Assembly: GCA_013239625.1 (NCBI GenBank)
Contig: MU053376.1
Span: 1,636,833 to 1,700,832, forward strand
Length of the DNA stretch: 64,000 bases
From: Lama guanicoe
Lineage: Eukaryota
Direction of reading: 5' to 3'
Part shown: piece by piece, positions 1 through 13,569 of the stretch
Numbering within the stretch: the first letter of the stretch is position 1
Layout: every line of letters starts with the position of its first letter
Position numbers and translations under genes: made by a program
The notes under the pieces: model-generated
Database searches by the model: none
Seen by the model: only the letters and a program-made list of their open reading frames with translations
What the model was told of the DNA's origin: nothing

Positions 1-3000
1 TCAAGATGTTGTGAGGATAAGAATTTACGGAGTGAGGTCTCCTCTCACCTCCTCCCATGGCCACCCTCCCACTCCCACTTAGGAGGCAGAGGGCCCTTTT
101 CCCTTAAGCCCATGAAACACAAAGACCTCAGGTCTCTAACAGAGCTGGTCTTGATTGGCTTCTGAAGGACAGAGCTCTTGATGTGTTAGCTGTGTGACCT
201 TAGGCAGGTACCATACCCCCTCTGAGCCTCTTCCACTACAGTAAAATCAGAATGCTATGGATAATACCTCCCTCACAGGCTAGAGGAGAAGACTAAATGA
301 AAGGTGAATGTTCCAGGGCTTTGTACATTTCATGGCTCTTTATCCTGGCTCCCTCCCAGTAGGGTTCTGAGTAAGATCAGGGTGCTAGGAAATCTGGACT
401 TGAGCTCTGTCCCTCACTCCCGAGGTGACCTTGGACCAGTCACTTCCTGTTTCCTTGTCTGTAAAGTGGAGGTGGGAAGGGATGTGGGACTAGATGTTCC
501 CTAAGACCCCTTCCAGCTCTAATATTCTATGTTCTCTGAAAAGTACATTGCAAAACGCCCCAGGTCCTCATAATACCATTTGGCTATGAGCACAGAGGTC
601 TTCGTCAGCGGCCAGCATGACCAGGGAGGGTCTCTCTCACCAAAGCCTCTGAGAAGGAATGGTGAACACTGTGGCTGGCAGGCCACCAACTGGGACATCC
701 CCAACCCTGAATTTCTGTGCTGGGCCATCATGACATCACCTGATACTACAGAATCCTCTGCTAGCTTCCAAGTCCCCAGAGAGGGACAAATTTGGGAATG
801 GTTCGTGTGATGTGCTATGACATTTGACTTTTTTGGAACTGTATCATTTAAAGCTGGGATCAAACAGGCAATTCCTAGAGTTTGCTCTTGGGGAATGTGA
901 GGTCTAAGTGGGGAGAAAAGACTAACAGGTGACCCTGATTTGGGGAGCGATGAAAGCATTCCTTGCCAGCTGGAGTCTGCAGGCTTTGGGAGATACATGT
1001 AGGTATGTGAGGGAGGGCATGGGGGTGGTGCAGAGGGCAGGATGTCTGAGGACAGGTGACAAGGCCAGGCCAGCTGGGGCTGAGCAGGCGATGTCTAGTC
1101 AACAGAACGTACATTTGATTGATCAAGCACTCCTTTTCCAAGAGTACCAGGTACCACCCTGAAGAAGGACAACAGTGAGGGCATCTTTATTTTGAAGTCA
1201 CCTCCTTGAGCATCAGATAAGCTGAATAGACGTCTCTCTTCATGGTTTCCCTGGATGGGGCTCTGGTAGGAACACAGAGAACATACCAAACTAGGTGCCT
1301 CCACATGGTTTATTTCATTTGATCCTCATGGGTTCTCTGGGAGGTGGGGATTATCAGTCCCACTTTACAGATGAAGTAACTGGGGCTCAGAAATGCTGGG
1401 AGGCTGCTCTAGCTCACACTGCTAGCTAGAGGGCCAGGCCTCCAGATATAAATCCGGAATACCTGGAGCTCCCCGGGGATGGGGTGGGTTTGCACAGAGC
1501 CTGACAGAATCAAAGGGTCCGTCGGGACGGTGGTGGGGGCCCGAGACCAATGGAGTGAAGGGGTGATGAGGGTGTTTGCTGTTTATCTGTGGATGGAGCA
1601 TCTGGGGATGTCAGGAAGCTCAGGAGCCTCGAGCTGGGCTCAGTTTCAGGGGCCGAAATGACTCCCAAGAGACAGAGAGGCAGAGACCGGAGGGACAACT
1701 GGACAGCCTTACAGATCACCGAGGGACCGTTCACCAGGGTTAGGGTCGAGGACCATTGCCTTGCCCTTCCCCATCAACCAGGCGGCCAGTCTCTGCCTGT
1801 TCAGTGCCCTGGGACAGAGTAAAACTTACTCTGTCACTGCAGAAGCTGCCCGACATTTCTTCTCCTGGGGGTGCTTTCTGCTCCTCCCTCCACTGGCTTC
1901 CTGCAGCTCTGGGCTCTGAGTTGGAGGATGGTGGGAGGGGATTTCACTGTCTTGAGGTGGCCAGATCCAAGGTCCTTGCCACTGTCCTGCCCCCACTGCT
2001 CCATCTGCCTCTTCTACCTGGGAAGGGCAGCAAGACCAGGTCCCTGCCTCCCTTTGGTTTCCTGGGGAGATGGTCCGTGAGTATTTCTGGACCATCAGCA
2101 TCTTGGGGGCTGGCTGAAAATAAGCCTCAACCCAGATCCTTGGAATCAGAATTTTTGAGGATGGGGCTCGGGGATCTGCATTCTAACAGGCTCCTCCAGG
2201 GAGTGCTCAGGAATGGTCAAAGTGGAGCGCTGAGAGCCGGGGCACGAGATCATCACACTGTATCCTGCTGGGAGGGGCTCGTCCCCCAGGATGCCAGGAA
2301 GGGGTCTGGGCTGGTGGTGGTAACATAAGATGGCTTGAATGAGCAGTTTCAGAAACTCGGGCAGGGAGGTAGTGCCCTGGCTGGAGGCCCTTGAAGTGGA
2401 AAATTGCTCTCACCTCCGGGTCCCCACCCCCACCCCCACCTCAGGCTTCTTCACACAAGGGCTCTCTCCTTGGCAGAGCTGGCCAGGAATGCTCAGGGTC
2501 GGGTCCAAGGCGGAAATCTGAGGAAGGGCTTGGAGATGGGCCAAGAGGAGAGCCAAGGAAGTGATGAAAGATATTTTTAGGATTACTTATTCCAGAAAAG
2601 GCTGCGGGGGCAGCTTATCTCCATCCAAGACCTTGGAGAGGCTACTTACTAGCTCTTGACCCAAAAATCAGGGATTAAATGGCAGCTGAAAGGACTGAGG
2701 GGAGGTGAGAGGAAGGGGCCTGTGAGGTTCTGATGCGGAAGAGGCTGTGGGAGCTCCTGTCCCGGTGGTTTTTGAGGACAGTTCATCCCGTTGTTCCTCA
2801 GGTGTGCGTAGGCGCCTGCTGTGTGCCTGACACTGGCTCAGCACAGGGGGAAAACCACAAACAAGGGCCTGAGCCCTGCCTTCCCGAACAGCTCGGGTGG
2901 AGAGTCCCTTCCATTTGGAAAGCCTTCCTCCTTGTGGAGCAACCTCGTCCAGGGCAGACACTTGGATGGTGGTGCCCCACTTCCTGCCAACTGCCTCTGT

Positions 3001-5598
3001 GCCCTTGCAGGGAAACATCCAGAGAGCTTACTGGCTGCCAGCTCCCAAGCATGTCACCACTTTTCCGTGGAAGCCTCCTTCCATGTGACTATAAGGCAGG
3101 TCAGCAGGCTGGGCAGCCCAGGCTGCCTCGGGCTCTGATTGTCCTTTTGGGGAAAGCCCGTCTCATAACCAGTGCCCCGGCCCGACTTGCCAGGCCTGTC
3201 AGGTACCCTCCCAGCGCGCCCCTCCCCAGGCTGCCAGAGTCACCTGGGCACCGCTCCCCACCGTGGGACCTCTGGACCCCCAGACACCCCTGGTCAGCAC
3301 GGGGCTCCTTAGTTCAGCTTCTCTGTGGAGTCTGGCGGGATCAGGGGACTGCTGCTCTGCTGTCTGTCTCTCAATACATCAGCCATCCCACTATTTCTTT
3401 TTTGAGGGTTTTTATAGCCCAGCACTGCCAAGCAGGTAAGAGGGACACGAGAGAAACTTCTGTCGCTGCCTCACTGGGTGGCCTGGGCCTGCACACACGA
3501 AGTAGTGAGAGAATGATTCAAGTCCAAAACCATGAGGAAATGGGAGTGGAAACTGGGGCGTCCTGGGTCTGTGTCCACCTCCCATCTCTGAGTCACCGCT
3601 CACCTCTGGTCAGTTCCGGATCCTCTCTGGGTTCTCCCTCTGTAAAACGGGAGGATGATCTCTGCGTTTCCCTGAAACAAGGTGAGGGTGAGTGCAGGGA
3701 CGGACAGGAGCAATGGGCTGTGTGGATCGGGCACTTGTTAGGGGCTGGAGACAGTGCTAAACACTTTATCTAGTTATCTCATTTAAGCTTCTTAGCAATC
3801 CTGTGAAGCAACACTGTTATTTCTGTTTTACAGAGGAGGAACTCGAGGCACAGAGAAATGAGTAACTTGCTCACTAAGTGGTTGGATTCAGCCCCTGGCC
3901 TGTCTGACCAGCCTTGTTGCTTCACCGGGAGAGTGAAAGGGCAAGTGAAAAAGCAGGGTGAGCTGGCCTTCAGGCTTCGGCGTGAGCCGCCCAGTCCCAG
4001 AGGTGCACCCTCAGACCCGGAAGCGGGACCCCGAGTCTCCATCCCAGCGCCTGTTCCCGGGTAGCAGCAGGGGGCCTGCTTGGAGAACTCCTTCCTCTTG
4101 TGAGGGGGTCAGTCCCTTTGCCTCCAGCCAGGGTCCTTCAAGTCCGCCCACGTGACAGCTCATGTATCAACGCCTTTGCGATTTTCAGAGCTTTCTCTCA
4201 CTCCATCTTCCCAATGTTATTCTCCCCATTTGCCAGATGAGTGGACCAAGGCTCAGGTGCGATCAGAGGCTTGCCTGGAGTCCCCTGGTCGGTGGACTCA
4301 GTCCACTGCTTTTTGCTAAACAGAGAAGTCTCCATAGATGGCAGTGAGAGATTCTCAGTCTGTCCCTCCCTGGGTCCCTTCGTGGGGCTGAAACACAATT
4401 ATAGTTAGAATTCAGAGGGCTCAAGGACCAGGCATAGCCCACACTTGCTGCATTCATTCAATCATTCATTGGTTCAGCCACATTTATCTTCCATGCTCCT
4501 TAGAGCAGTGCCGCATGAGGGCACAGTGATGAGCTGCCCTGGGAACCTCAGAGGCCTGGGTGTCGGTGGGACAAGGGAAGCAGACAGTGAACAGGCAGTT
4601 ACAATACCAGGTGTGAGTGCTGAGTAAGGACACCTAAAATTGGGAGGCAAGGATGGCTTCCTGGAGGAGGTGATGAGACAAAGTCTAGGGTAAGACCAGA
4701 AGGATGAATAAAACTAGCCTCTGAGGATTATGCTGGGGAGTGAGGGAGGAATGTTCCAGGCAGATGGAGCACATGGTACACCTGCTGCTGTGTCCTCAGC
4801 TCCACCCAGGGCTCTCTTGCCCCAGATCTTTCCACCCCCAACAACTGTCTGTGACCCCTGTTCACTCCCAGGGTGCCCAGCTCCCCACTTCTCCTGTGAT
4901 GGGCAAGCCCAGGCGTGGGCACCACTGCATCCGCCGCCCACCGCCCTGGTGCAGGGATGATGGTGTGAATGTGGATTATTTCCCTTCGGGTGTAACTGGA
5001 GAAGAAGCGGCAGGTGAGGCAGCAGGTACAGTATCCAGGAACATCCTGGCACTGGCTCTGTCCTGGAGCCCCGTGGAAAGCCTTTGTCCTGAAGGCCTGT
5101 AATGGGTTTCAGGAGAGAGCTTCAATATTTGCAGCAAATACAGTCACAAAGGATGTGGAGGGCTATTGTGGACTCTCCAAAGAGGAGCTAATCCTCAGGC
5201 GAGCCGCTTGGGCCAGAAGGAGTTCAAGTGCTGGGCAGGCCGCTGGGGGAGTTGTCATTCATGCGCAATTGTAGGGGATAATAGCACAGGTGGAGGGAGG
5301 TGGCGAGAGGCACTCCCCACGGGGGATGAAGGGGGACAGCACCTGTCCTGGAAGCTCAGCACACAGGTGATACTCTCCCCGCCCCCACCCATCTGACCTC
5401 TGTGCTTCCTCCAGGCAGCCTGGGCTACCTTGTCAGCTGTCCTTCACCCAGGGTCACGAGTCTGGGGAGGGGGGCTGTCACCAGGGCTCTCAGGCCTCTC
5501 TTTCTTCCCTTCTCTCTAGTTCTCTCTCTGGGCCTCTTTTCGGTCCACTGCACATAGACAAGTCATTTCTTGGCTCCAGGGGGCCAAGAAAAGGAAAC

Positions 5599-5709
5599 CA
5601 GCTGTATTTGCATATCATTAGCATAAAGAGATTCTATTTGCATAAGTCTATTTTCAGCTCCTCCCTCCTTCAAACTTGCCTTGTCATCGCTGAATACGGT
5701 ATATAAAAG
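5599..5709 (+). promoter_or_regulatory. Octamer cluster plus TATA box (promoter/enhancer-like)
   Basis: CAGCTG 5599-5604, ATTTGCAT 5606-5613, ATTAGCAT 5617-5624, ATTTGCAT 5636-5643, TATAAAAG 5702-5709. Confidence 0.4.
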
Positions 5710-7277
5710 TCCTGTACAGTCACTGGGACAAGGGACTAGTTTGAGGGAGTCAGGGTTGGTAAAGGATTTCCCTTTACCATTATCCAGGTCCCTTCCAGTG
5801 ATGCCTTGTGGCCGAGTGGAGGGAAACAGAACCAGAGTAAGAAATCTGCAGTCCCGGGGTTGGGAGAGGTTGGAAAACTCAACTCTGCAAGCTTTGCATC
5901 AGCACAGGAAATTCTGGCAAGATCCTCTCACCCCCGACACCTCTAAGAGTACAAAAAGCTGGGGTTGGAAATAAAGAGGAAGAAATCGGACTGTGCACTG
6001 ATTTCCAGTCTGCATAATTCTATCTGTTTGCATGGGGGAGATAACTCAGTTGTCCAGAAGTTTTCAAATTCAATCTTTTTGTTTCTTAAAAGTTTTCTTT
6101 CTTGGAGTTTTCTTTCCTTTGCTTCTTGTCAGCTTCCTAAGATTGTGGATCAGCTCCCTCTCCAGGAGAGAGAAGAGGGCTGTGTAGGAGCATGGTGAGG
6201 GGGATGGGGAGGAGAAGACAGGCAGTGTAGACATCTGAATTGGAGAAGAGGGGCAGTGCAGACATCCAAGGTCTCTACCAGGTCCCAGCAGTGCCATCTC
6301 CCCTTTACATTGTCCCTATTCTGCGGGATCTTGTTTCCACTCACAAATTCATGGTGGTGAAGCAGGAATGAGGCTGGGCTTGTCTGCCTGTTTCCCAGAG
6401 GGCAGCCAAGGCTACACAATAAAAACCCAGAAAACCTGACTCGGGCTGCATTCTGACCAAGACTGAACTGCATCTAGAAATCAAGAGCCTTGCTCCTGGG
6501 GAGAAGGCGCTGGTCTTAAAAATCCTCCTCCAAACTATTCAATGGATACCTTGCTCCAGAGAGCAGATGGGTCCCCACACCCTTGGGGTTCTGGGCCACC
6601 TCTCTCCTTGAGGGTAGAAAGAGAAAAGGGAAAAAAATCTGATCTCTCTCACAGCAGAGCCCCAGAAATCTATTTAGTTATTTCCATTTACAGCCCTTTA
6701 ATATCATATATAAGATAAATGAGGCTTAATTCTGCTGAAGCTCAGATGAAGGGAGACACCTGCAAAAGTCAGTTGCTGAACCACTGTCCCTTCCCCCAGC
6801 CTAAGTCCACCTTCCCAGACCTCTTCTTCTCACTGTCTCTTGTCATCTGAGCATTGTTATAATTATTATTGGCAACCTCCATGCTATTTAAACAATTAAT
6901 ACTATTAATAATATTTCTTCTAAAGCATAAATTCGATCACATCGCTCTTCTGCCTGGAAACCTCGGGTGGTCCCCATGCTCCTTCCCGCAGTCTATGAGG
7001 CCTGGCAGGTCCAGCCTTCTTTTCTTACCTCTCCTCTTACCACTGTCCCCTTTCTCATGACTCTTCAGGTCAGTCCACTGACTGCCCTACAGCGTGAATG
7101 GAGCACATTCCCAGCTCACTGACACCTCATCTTCCTTGCTTCATTGGCTCTCCCTCCAAGGTCTTCCGAAAGCCAGCTTCTTTTCATGTTCGGGGCTCTG
7201 CTCTGCAGTGCTCAATTCAGACAGGCCCTCCTTTGCCTCTCCACCCAGATGGACTCCCAGCGTATCACATCTGTGCC

Positions 7278-7308
<31 letters not shown>

Positions 7309-7327
7309 TGTATTTATTTATTTATTA
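7278..7327. repeat. (TTTA)n microsatellite
   Basis: Direct reading. Confidence 0.9.
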
Positions 7328-9218
7328 ACTTACTGATTCTGTGCCCCAGTGTCCAAAGTGCTCAGAAGATTGCCTGGTACATAATAATCCTCAATACATA
7401 TTTGGTAACTTAAAAAGAGCCAACCAACCCACCAAAGTATCTTGACTCCAAGCCTAGTGTCCTTTCTCTACGCCACTATGCAGAGCTGTATAGTTTCCAG
7501 GCAACTAACATATTCATGATTTTATTTTATCATTCTATCATCCTTGTGAAGTGAGCAAGGAAAAATTATTGCTCCCATTTTACAGGGGAGAAAGCTGAGG
7601 CTAGAAACAGTACTGGCTCAAGATCACACAAAGGCGTGGTTAAAATTACCTGATTTCAAATCCATGACTCTGTGATTCCACAAGTCATTTCCTCCCCTAA
7701 ATCTAGCCTGAAACGTTTGGAAAAAAATTCAAATCAGAGACTAACAGAGATTCTCAGAAGGCCTAAAAATCTCAGTCTCTCCTACTTTCAGGGTTTGGAA
7801 ATCCATTTAATTTTCTCCAGTCACGAGCTGTCACTGTGTATGAAACAAATGTTACTGAGACTTTAAAGTCAAGGGAAACTCCTACAGATTCAATAATGAT
7901 GGATCCAAGGCTGCATATATCTGGGTAGCCCCCTGCTGACCAAAGGCCTTTCCTCCCCAAAAGTAGCCCTCATGGGCCTAGAACTGTGCCAGGTGCATGA
8001 AGCAGGGGTGACACCATGCACAAAGGTTCCCTCTTCTCCACATCTTCTCCAGCATTTATTATTTGTGGACTTTTTGGTGATGGCCACTCTGACCAGTGTG
8101 AGGTGATGCCTCATTGTGGTTTCAATTTGCATTTCTCTAGTAATTAGCCGTGTTGAACATCTTTTCATGTGCCTGTTTGTATGTCTCCATTGGAGAATTG
8201 CTTGTTTAGGTCTTCTGCCCCTTTTTTGATTGAATTGTTTGTTTTCTGATATTGAGTTGTATGAGCTGTTTGTATATTTTAGAAATTAAGCCCTTGTTAG
8301 TTGCATCATTTGTAAATATTTTCTCCCAGTTTGTAGCTTGTCTTTTCATTTTGTTTATGGTTTCCTTTTTTGCGCAAAAGCTTCTAAGTTTGATTGGGTC
8401 CCATTTGTTTATTTGTGCTTTATTTATTTTGTCTTGAGAGACTGACCTAAGAAAATACTGCTATGGTTTATGTCAGAATAACATTCTCTGACATGTTCTG
8501 TTCTAGAAGTTTTATGATGTCATGTCTTATATTTAAGTCTTTAAGCCATTTTGAGTTTATTTTTGTGTATGGTGTGAGGGTGTGTCCTAATTTCATTGAT
8601 TTATATGCAGTTGTCCAGCTTTCCCAGTACCACTTGCCAAAGAAAGTGTCATTTCTCCATTGTATATTCTTGCCTCCTTTGTCAAAGATTAGTTGACTGT
8701 ATGTGGGCAGGTTTATTTCTGGGCTGTCTATTCTGTTCCATTGATCTATATGTCTGTTTGTCGTGCCAATATCACACTGTCTTGATTACTATAGCTTTGT
8801 AGTGTTGTCTGAAGTCTGCAAGGGTTATGGCTCCAGCTTTGTTCTTTTTCTCAGGATTGCTTTGGCAATTTGGGGTCTTTTGTGGTTCCATGTAAATTTT
8901 AGGGTTATTTGTTCTAGGTCTGGGACAAATGTCCTGGGTAATTTGGTAGAGATCACATTAAATCTGTAGATTGCTTTGGGTAGTATGGCCATTTTAACTA
9001 TGTTAATTCTTCCAATCCAAGAGCATGGGCTATCTTTCTATTTCCCTGAATTTCCTTCAATTTCCTTTATCAATGTTTTATAGTCTCAGCATATAAGTCG
9101 TTTACCTCCTTGGTTAGGTTTATTCCTAGATTTTTTTTTTGGATACAATTTTAAACGGGATTAAAAAAATTCTCTTTCTGATATGTCATTGTTAGAGTGA
9201 AGAAATGCAACAGATTTC

Positions 9219-9680
9219 TGTGGGGTCAGCTGGCGTCCTTCAACCCCAAAGACCCCCATTCCTGGGCTCTCAGATGTCTACCTGCGATCCCTCAACAGAT
9301 AAAGTACATTCTTTACTGAGTGTGTCTGCGCTAACAAACTAACAGCCCTAGGTAACGCCTAATCTCACAGTAGCTCAGGCTGGCTCATTTCAGCCCACCT
9401 TATCAGAGTGATAAATGTCACTGCCCCTTCACAGAGCCTCAACTTCTTACCTCACCTACAACCAACCAGAGACTTGTGCACCAGCTGATCGGGCACCTTG
9501 TGACCCTCCCTTATAAAAGACCCCAACAAACGACCCTTGGGGCTCACCCAGGCACCTCTCATCTATGTGGCCTGCTGCTGTGTGTGGCAGCGTACCCTAA
9601 TAAGCTTTTCCTTCCACTTTTCTTTGTCTCTAGTAAATTCTTTTACCACCTGAGACACCAGCCCGCCTTGTCCCCTGACA
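9219..9680 (+). mobile_element. ERV 5' LTR
   Basis: Starts TGTGGGG, ends CCCTGACA; TATAAAA at 9512-9518; homologous over its whole length to 15749-16206. Confidence 0.9.
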
Positions 9681-9683
9681 TTC

Positions 9684-9701
9684 TGGGAGTCCTTATGGGG
9701 A
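9684..9701 (+). other. Degenerate primer-binding site, closest to tRNA-Ile
   Basis: TGGGAGTCCTTATGGGGA(TC) versus the complement of the tRNA-Ile(AAU) 3' end, TGGTGGCCCGTACGGGGA(TC): 13/18 matches, against 10/18 for tRNA-Pro. Confidence 0.5.
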
Positions 9702-10712
9702 TCCCAAAGTATGGGGAACCAAGTTATGGGGAGCCCTGCGAGCAGATGTCCCTTTCTCCCTTTCTCTCTCTTCTCTCCTTTTCCAACTCGGGTCTCCCCC
9801 AGCTTGATCGGATTTTCTGCTTAGGAGGCCAGATCGCCAAGGCAGGCTTCCTCTGTTCCTGTCTCTGCCCTCCCTTGTGTTCAGGACTTCCCCTATGTCT
9901 TGCCGAGGACTGAGGAGCCCTGGCTGGGCTACTCTCAGCGGGCTCTGAAACTCAGTCTGACAGATGGGAATGACCCCCACCCTGGCCTTCTAGGGTGAAC
10001 ACAGATGGGAAGTGCTTTCCCTTCTCTAAATACTTGACCCCTTTACTCCTTGCTACTACACACCTCGCCCCTGGGTCAGAGGGGGGCTCTGTGTCTCGGT
10101 GGGGAAGGCACACATAAGGACAGGCCACCTAGTGCCTTGAGACACCCAGGACCCTGTCTCCTGTCTCCCCGGACACATGATAGGGAGAGGCCCGTCTAGT
10201 GGGTAAAAGCACTGGAAATTCCTCCCCAGAGTCAGCACACCTCGACCCGAAACCCATTTCCTCTCACTCTGCTTTTTACTCCCTTCTCTGCCCCTCCCCC
10301 TCCTCTGGCTCTGGCCCTCAGGAAACTCCTTAGTTCTCAGGCCCAACCACTTGGTGTACCTCTGTGCCTTCTCTCTGCTTTTTGGGGATCACACCTCCAG
10401 ACTGGCCGAGCCTTCTGCCTTTGGTGGCCAAGCCAGGTAGAAGCCGCGGGTGGGTGAGCTCCCCCTACACTTTTTCCCTCGCTTTTGGGCCCCTGGTGCC
10501 GGCTTTTCAGCCCTTGCACTGGCCTTTTCCTCGGCTTCTGCCCTGGTGGGCTTGGTGCCGCTTTGGGCCCTTGCACCTGTTAGCTCCTGTTTCTTGGACG
10601 GTGCCCACAGTAAGAGGATGCTGGGAGTTTAGCCTCTCTCTTTCTGGGGGACCCCCGCCCAGAGCAGAATCTGTGCTGGTTTCCTTCTTTCTTTGACACC
10701 TCTCTCAATGGC

Positions 10713-10970
10713 TGTGGGAAACACTTGCTCTGCCCCCCAGGACTCACCTTCGGGTTGCATTTTAAAGAACTGGGGTAAGTTTGGTCCCCAGACCTTTAAG
10801 AGACAGCTGGCCACAATATCAACTCCCGGATCAAGATGATTGGCTCCTTAATGAAACCCTAAATGATAACACCGTCTGCCAGCTTGATCTCTTTTGTCAC
10901 AGCTTGGGCAAGTGGTCCAAGGTCCTGTATTCCAAGCCTTCCTGGCTCTCTCTCAAAACTCTGATCTGGT
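10713..10970 (+). pseudogene. ERV gag matrix remnant (frameshifted)
   Basis: GNTCSAPQDSPSGCILKNWGKFGPQTFK / WPQYQLPDQDDWLLNETLNDNTVCQLDLFCHSLGKWSKVLY matches the class I ERV MA pattern (DSPLGCIL..W..F...WPQY....W...G.LN.NT..QLDLFC...GKW.E.PY). Confidence 0.85.
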
Positions 10971-11081
10971 TTTAGAAGGGGCTGCCTGATGAGGGCTTTC
11001 GCGGGTCAGTCTGTGACGGCCATGCCTGTGTGTATTTTGTACTTTGTCTTCCGTCTTGTGATCTGTGATTGTCACACCGTC

Positions 11082-11280
11082 TTGGGAAATGGAAACTTCT
11101 GGTTCTGGCCCACCATGGAGCCCTGTTGGGCAAATTCTGTCTGGCTGGGAAGATTTTAGTTATGAGCCTATAAGCTGTTATAACACTGTGCGGCCACAAT
11201 ATTCTATAGACTCAGAGAAAATTGGCTCAGGGAAGCTCTTTGAAAATTCCAAAACTGGTTCTTTTTGCATATGCAGTTAG
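11082..11280 (+). pseudogene. Second, divergent gag matrix-like remnant
   Basis: SPVGQILSGWEDFSYEPISCYNTVRPQYSIDSEK resembles the MA pattern SP.G.IL..W..F...C.NT.WPQY. Confidence 0.55.
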
Positions 11281-11695
11281 AAAAACTAAAAACTAGCTTG
11301 ACACCCTTTCAGAATTCTGACCCTAAGGAAACAAAATCATTGCAGGAGGAGCCTACTTTTCTATGCCTTTGAGAAGCAAGCGTTCTCCCCTGGTCTTCTC
11401 CGGGATCCTTTATCTTGCCAGCTTTTAAAAAGGCAAATTATGAGAATGGGGGTAAGCATTTTGGCACCTGACCTGTTAAGGACAAATAGACATCTTACCT
11501 CTTTTCCATAAGTATTAGTAAAAAGGATTCAGCCATCTGGATGATTTTGACTTGTTCCTTCCATCAGAAACACAATTTGAATCCAGCCTCTTTTGTAACT
11601 GATAGGTTTTATATCATTGTACCTGATTCATAGCTAAAATTTTGAAATGGGAACTGTAAGGTCTCTGTGTTTTGTGTGTTTGTATGTGTGTCATA

Positions 11696-12381
11696 CGTTG
11701 GGTGCCACGATGGGCCTGTGCGTGGGTGGTCAAAGAGTTTACCGGAGACAAAGGAATGTTTCAGAAACAAAGGGAAGTTTAATGTAACAGCAAGCCACAC
11801 AGACAAGAGGTGCTTGTGTGAGCACCGAGGGTGAACATGCAGGGTCTTTTATTGGGAGGAAGGGGCTGTGAGCACAAGGGTTGGGGGCTGTATGATCCGT
11901 TCATGCACAGGCACCTGACTGGTGGTCAGTGAGTAAGACGTCTCAGGGGCGCCTCTGCTTAATAAGATTTAGGACTCTGCAGTGACGCCTGTCCACCCAG
12001 GAAACTGTGAGATTAGCCATTTCCTGGGGGCAGTAGTTTTATTAGAGTAAACACAAGTCAAGGGAAGATGTTTTCATCTTGCATAAACGTAGCTATGCAG
12101 AGGTCCTGAGGTGGGGAGTGGGGGTTAAGGGTGACAGTTGGCTCCAGGCACTCGGAGAGCCCAGGAGTGAGTGTTTTATGGACTTCAGAGTGGCTGTAGA
12201 AAGCGCCAGCCGGCTCCGCATTGCAGAAGTGTGTTTTGTACATTGTGTTCTGTGTTGTGACTTATGATTGTCATCACACACACAGCCTGCTGTGCCTGAG
12301 TCTTCGCCTCGGGTTAACTGGTAGAACTTCAAACCAAAGGAAAAAGTGGAAAAAGGCTGTTTAAAACTCAAGCAGGAAAAC
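11696..12381 (-). mobile_element. Antisense solo LTR nested in the ERV
   Basis: The minus strand has a TATA-like AATAAAAGACCC, an ATTAAA poly(A) signal and a U5-like gtctccggtaaactctttgaccaccc similar to the outer LTR's U5. It interrupts a (TG)-rich stretch of the internal region. Ends are approximate. Confidence 0.7.
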
Positions 12382-13387
12382 TATATCTGTGTGTGTTTAT
12401 CTGGACGTACATGTCTGTGTACAAGAGACGTCTCTACCTCTAAAAATGTTACCAAAGTTAAATTCATAAAGTAGCTCTATTTAATTGGCTTAAAGGAAAT
12501 TAAGCGCTTATATAAATTCTCAGAAATATAAAAGGAAATTGGCCAGAATAACTTTCAGTTCATGTGAACTGGGAAGTATTCAGTATTAATATCTGGTATT
12601 AAAGTTTGTGGATTTGGTTGATATATAGGTGTGTCTTAAGAGTCATCAATGTTAAGCATAATACTTCTGTTGTACCTAGGTTTAATAGAAGTCAAGTGAG
12701 ATCTTGTCATATCTGTTGCAAATTCGTCAGCAAAAAAAAAAAAAAGATTTGTTGTGATGAAATTCTTAAAATTAAATTAAATGCAAATGAGATAAGAGCT
12801 TTTGGATGAACTCTTTAGAAATAATTATGTTTGAGGAAAGTCTATACTCAAAAATAGTCTCTCCAGATATTTGGTTACTCAAAATTTCACAATTGTGCTA
12901 AACTATGATTTTATCTGATCAAGTGTTTTGAAACTTTTTAACAAGCTTTGCAAATATCGAATTTTAATTAAGATCCTTTTGACTTCCAGCTAACTTTGGG
13001 ATGCTTCAGAGGGCCCCTGAAACGGCTGAAGAGAGATATTAAGCTAATTAAGTCCATCTGATATGTTAAATTGCATGGGAAGTATTGTGAAATAAGCAAT
13101 AAATCTTCTTAGGTTATACTGTATGGGAAAATGTTATTAATATAGATATTCTAAAAATTATATGGAATTCCTAAAACTCTGGTATGTCTGAAATGTTACC
13201 AGTCATAATTCTAGTCTTGTAACCAGGTTTCTTTATCAGTTACAGTGTAACCTGGTGTTTAACCATGCTTAAGTCTTTTGTCATTCATAAACAAGTGTGG
13301 TTTTACTCTAATGCCTTTGAAAAATGCTTTCTCTTTAAAAAGATTTATAGAAAGGACTTTTTGACAAATGCAGGTTTCCGAAAACTT

Positions 13388-13569
13388 TTATTTATTTATT
13401 TGTTTAATTGTTTTATTTTATTTTTTTCAGGTATATTTCTTTTTTTTAACTTTTTTTTATTGAGTTATAGTCATTTTACAATGTTGTGTCAAATTCCAGT
13501 GTAGAACACAATTTTTCAGTTATACATGAACATACATACATTCATTGTCACGTTCTGTTTCGCTGTGAG
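13388..13569 (-). mobile_element. Short L1 3'-end insertion nested in the ERV
   Basis: T-rich tail plus L1 3' UTR end; TSD tccgaaaactt (13377-13387) / tctgaaaactt (13570-13580). Confidence 0.8.

Noticed and set aside
3025..3200. Possible SLC26A9 first exon (minus-strand donor CA|gtaagc near 3030)
   Set aside because: SLC26A9 is expected on this side by synteny, but I could not match any SLC26A9 coding or UTR sequence; a donor motif alone is insufficient
2733..3773. 346-aa + strand ORF, the longest in the track
   Set aside because: No recognisable domain; composition rich in Pro/Leu/Ser/Arg typical of GC-rich non-coding DNA; 3' end runs into MIR-like sequence
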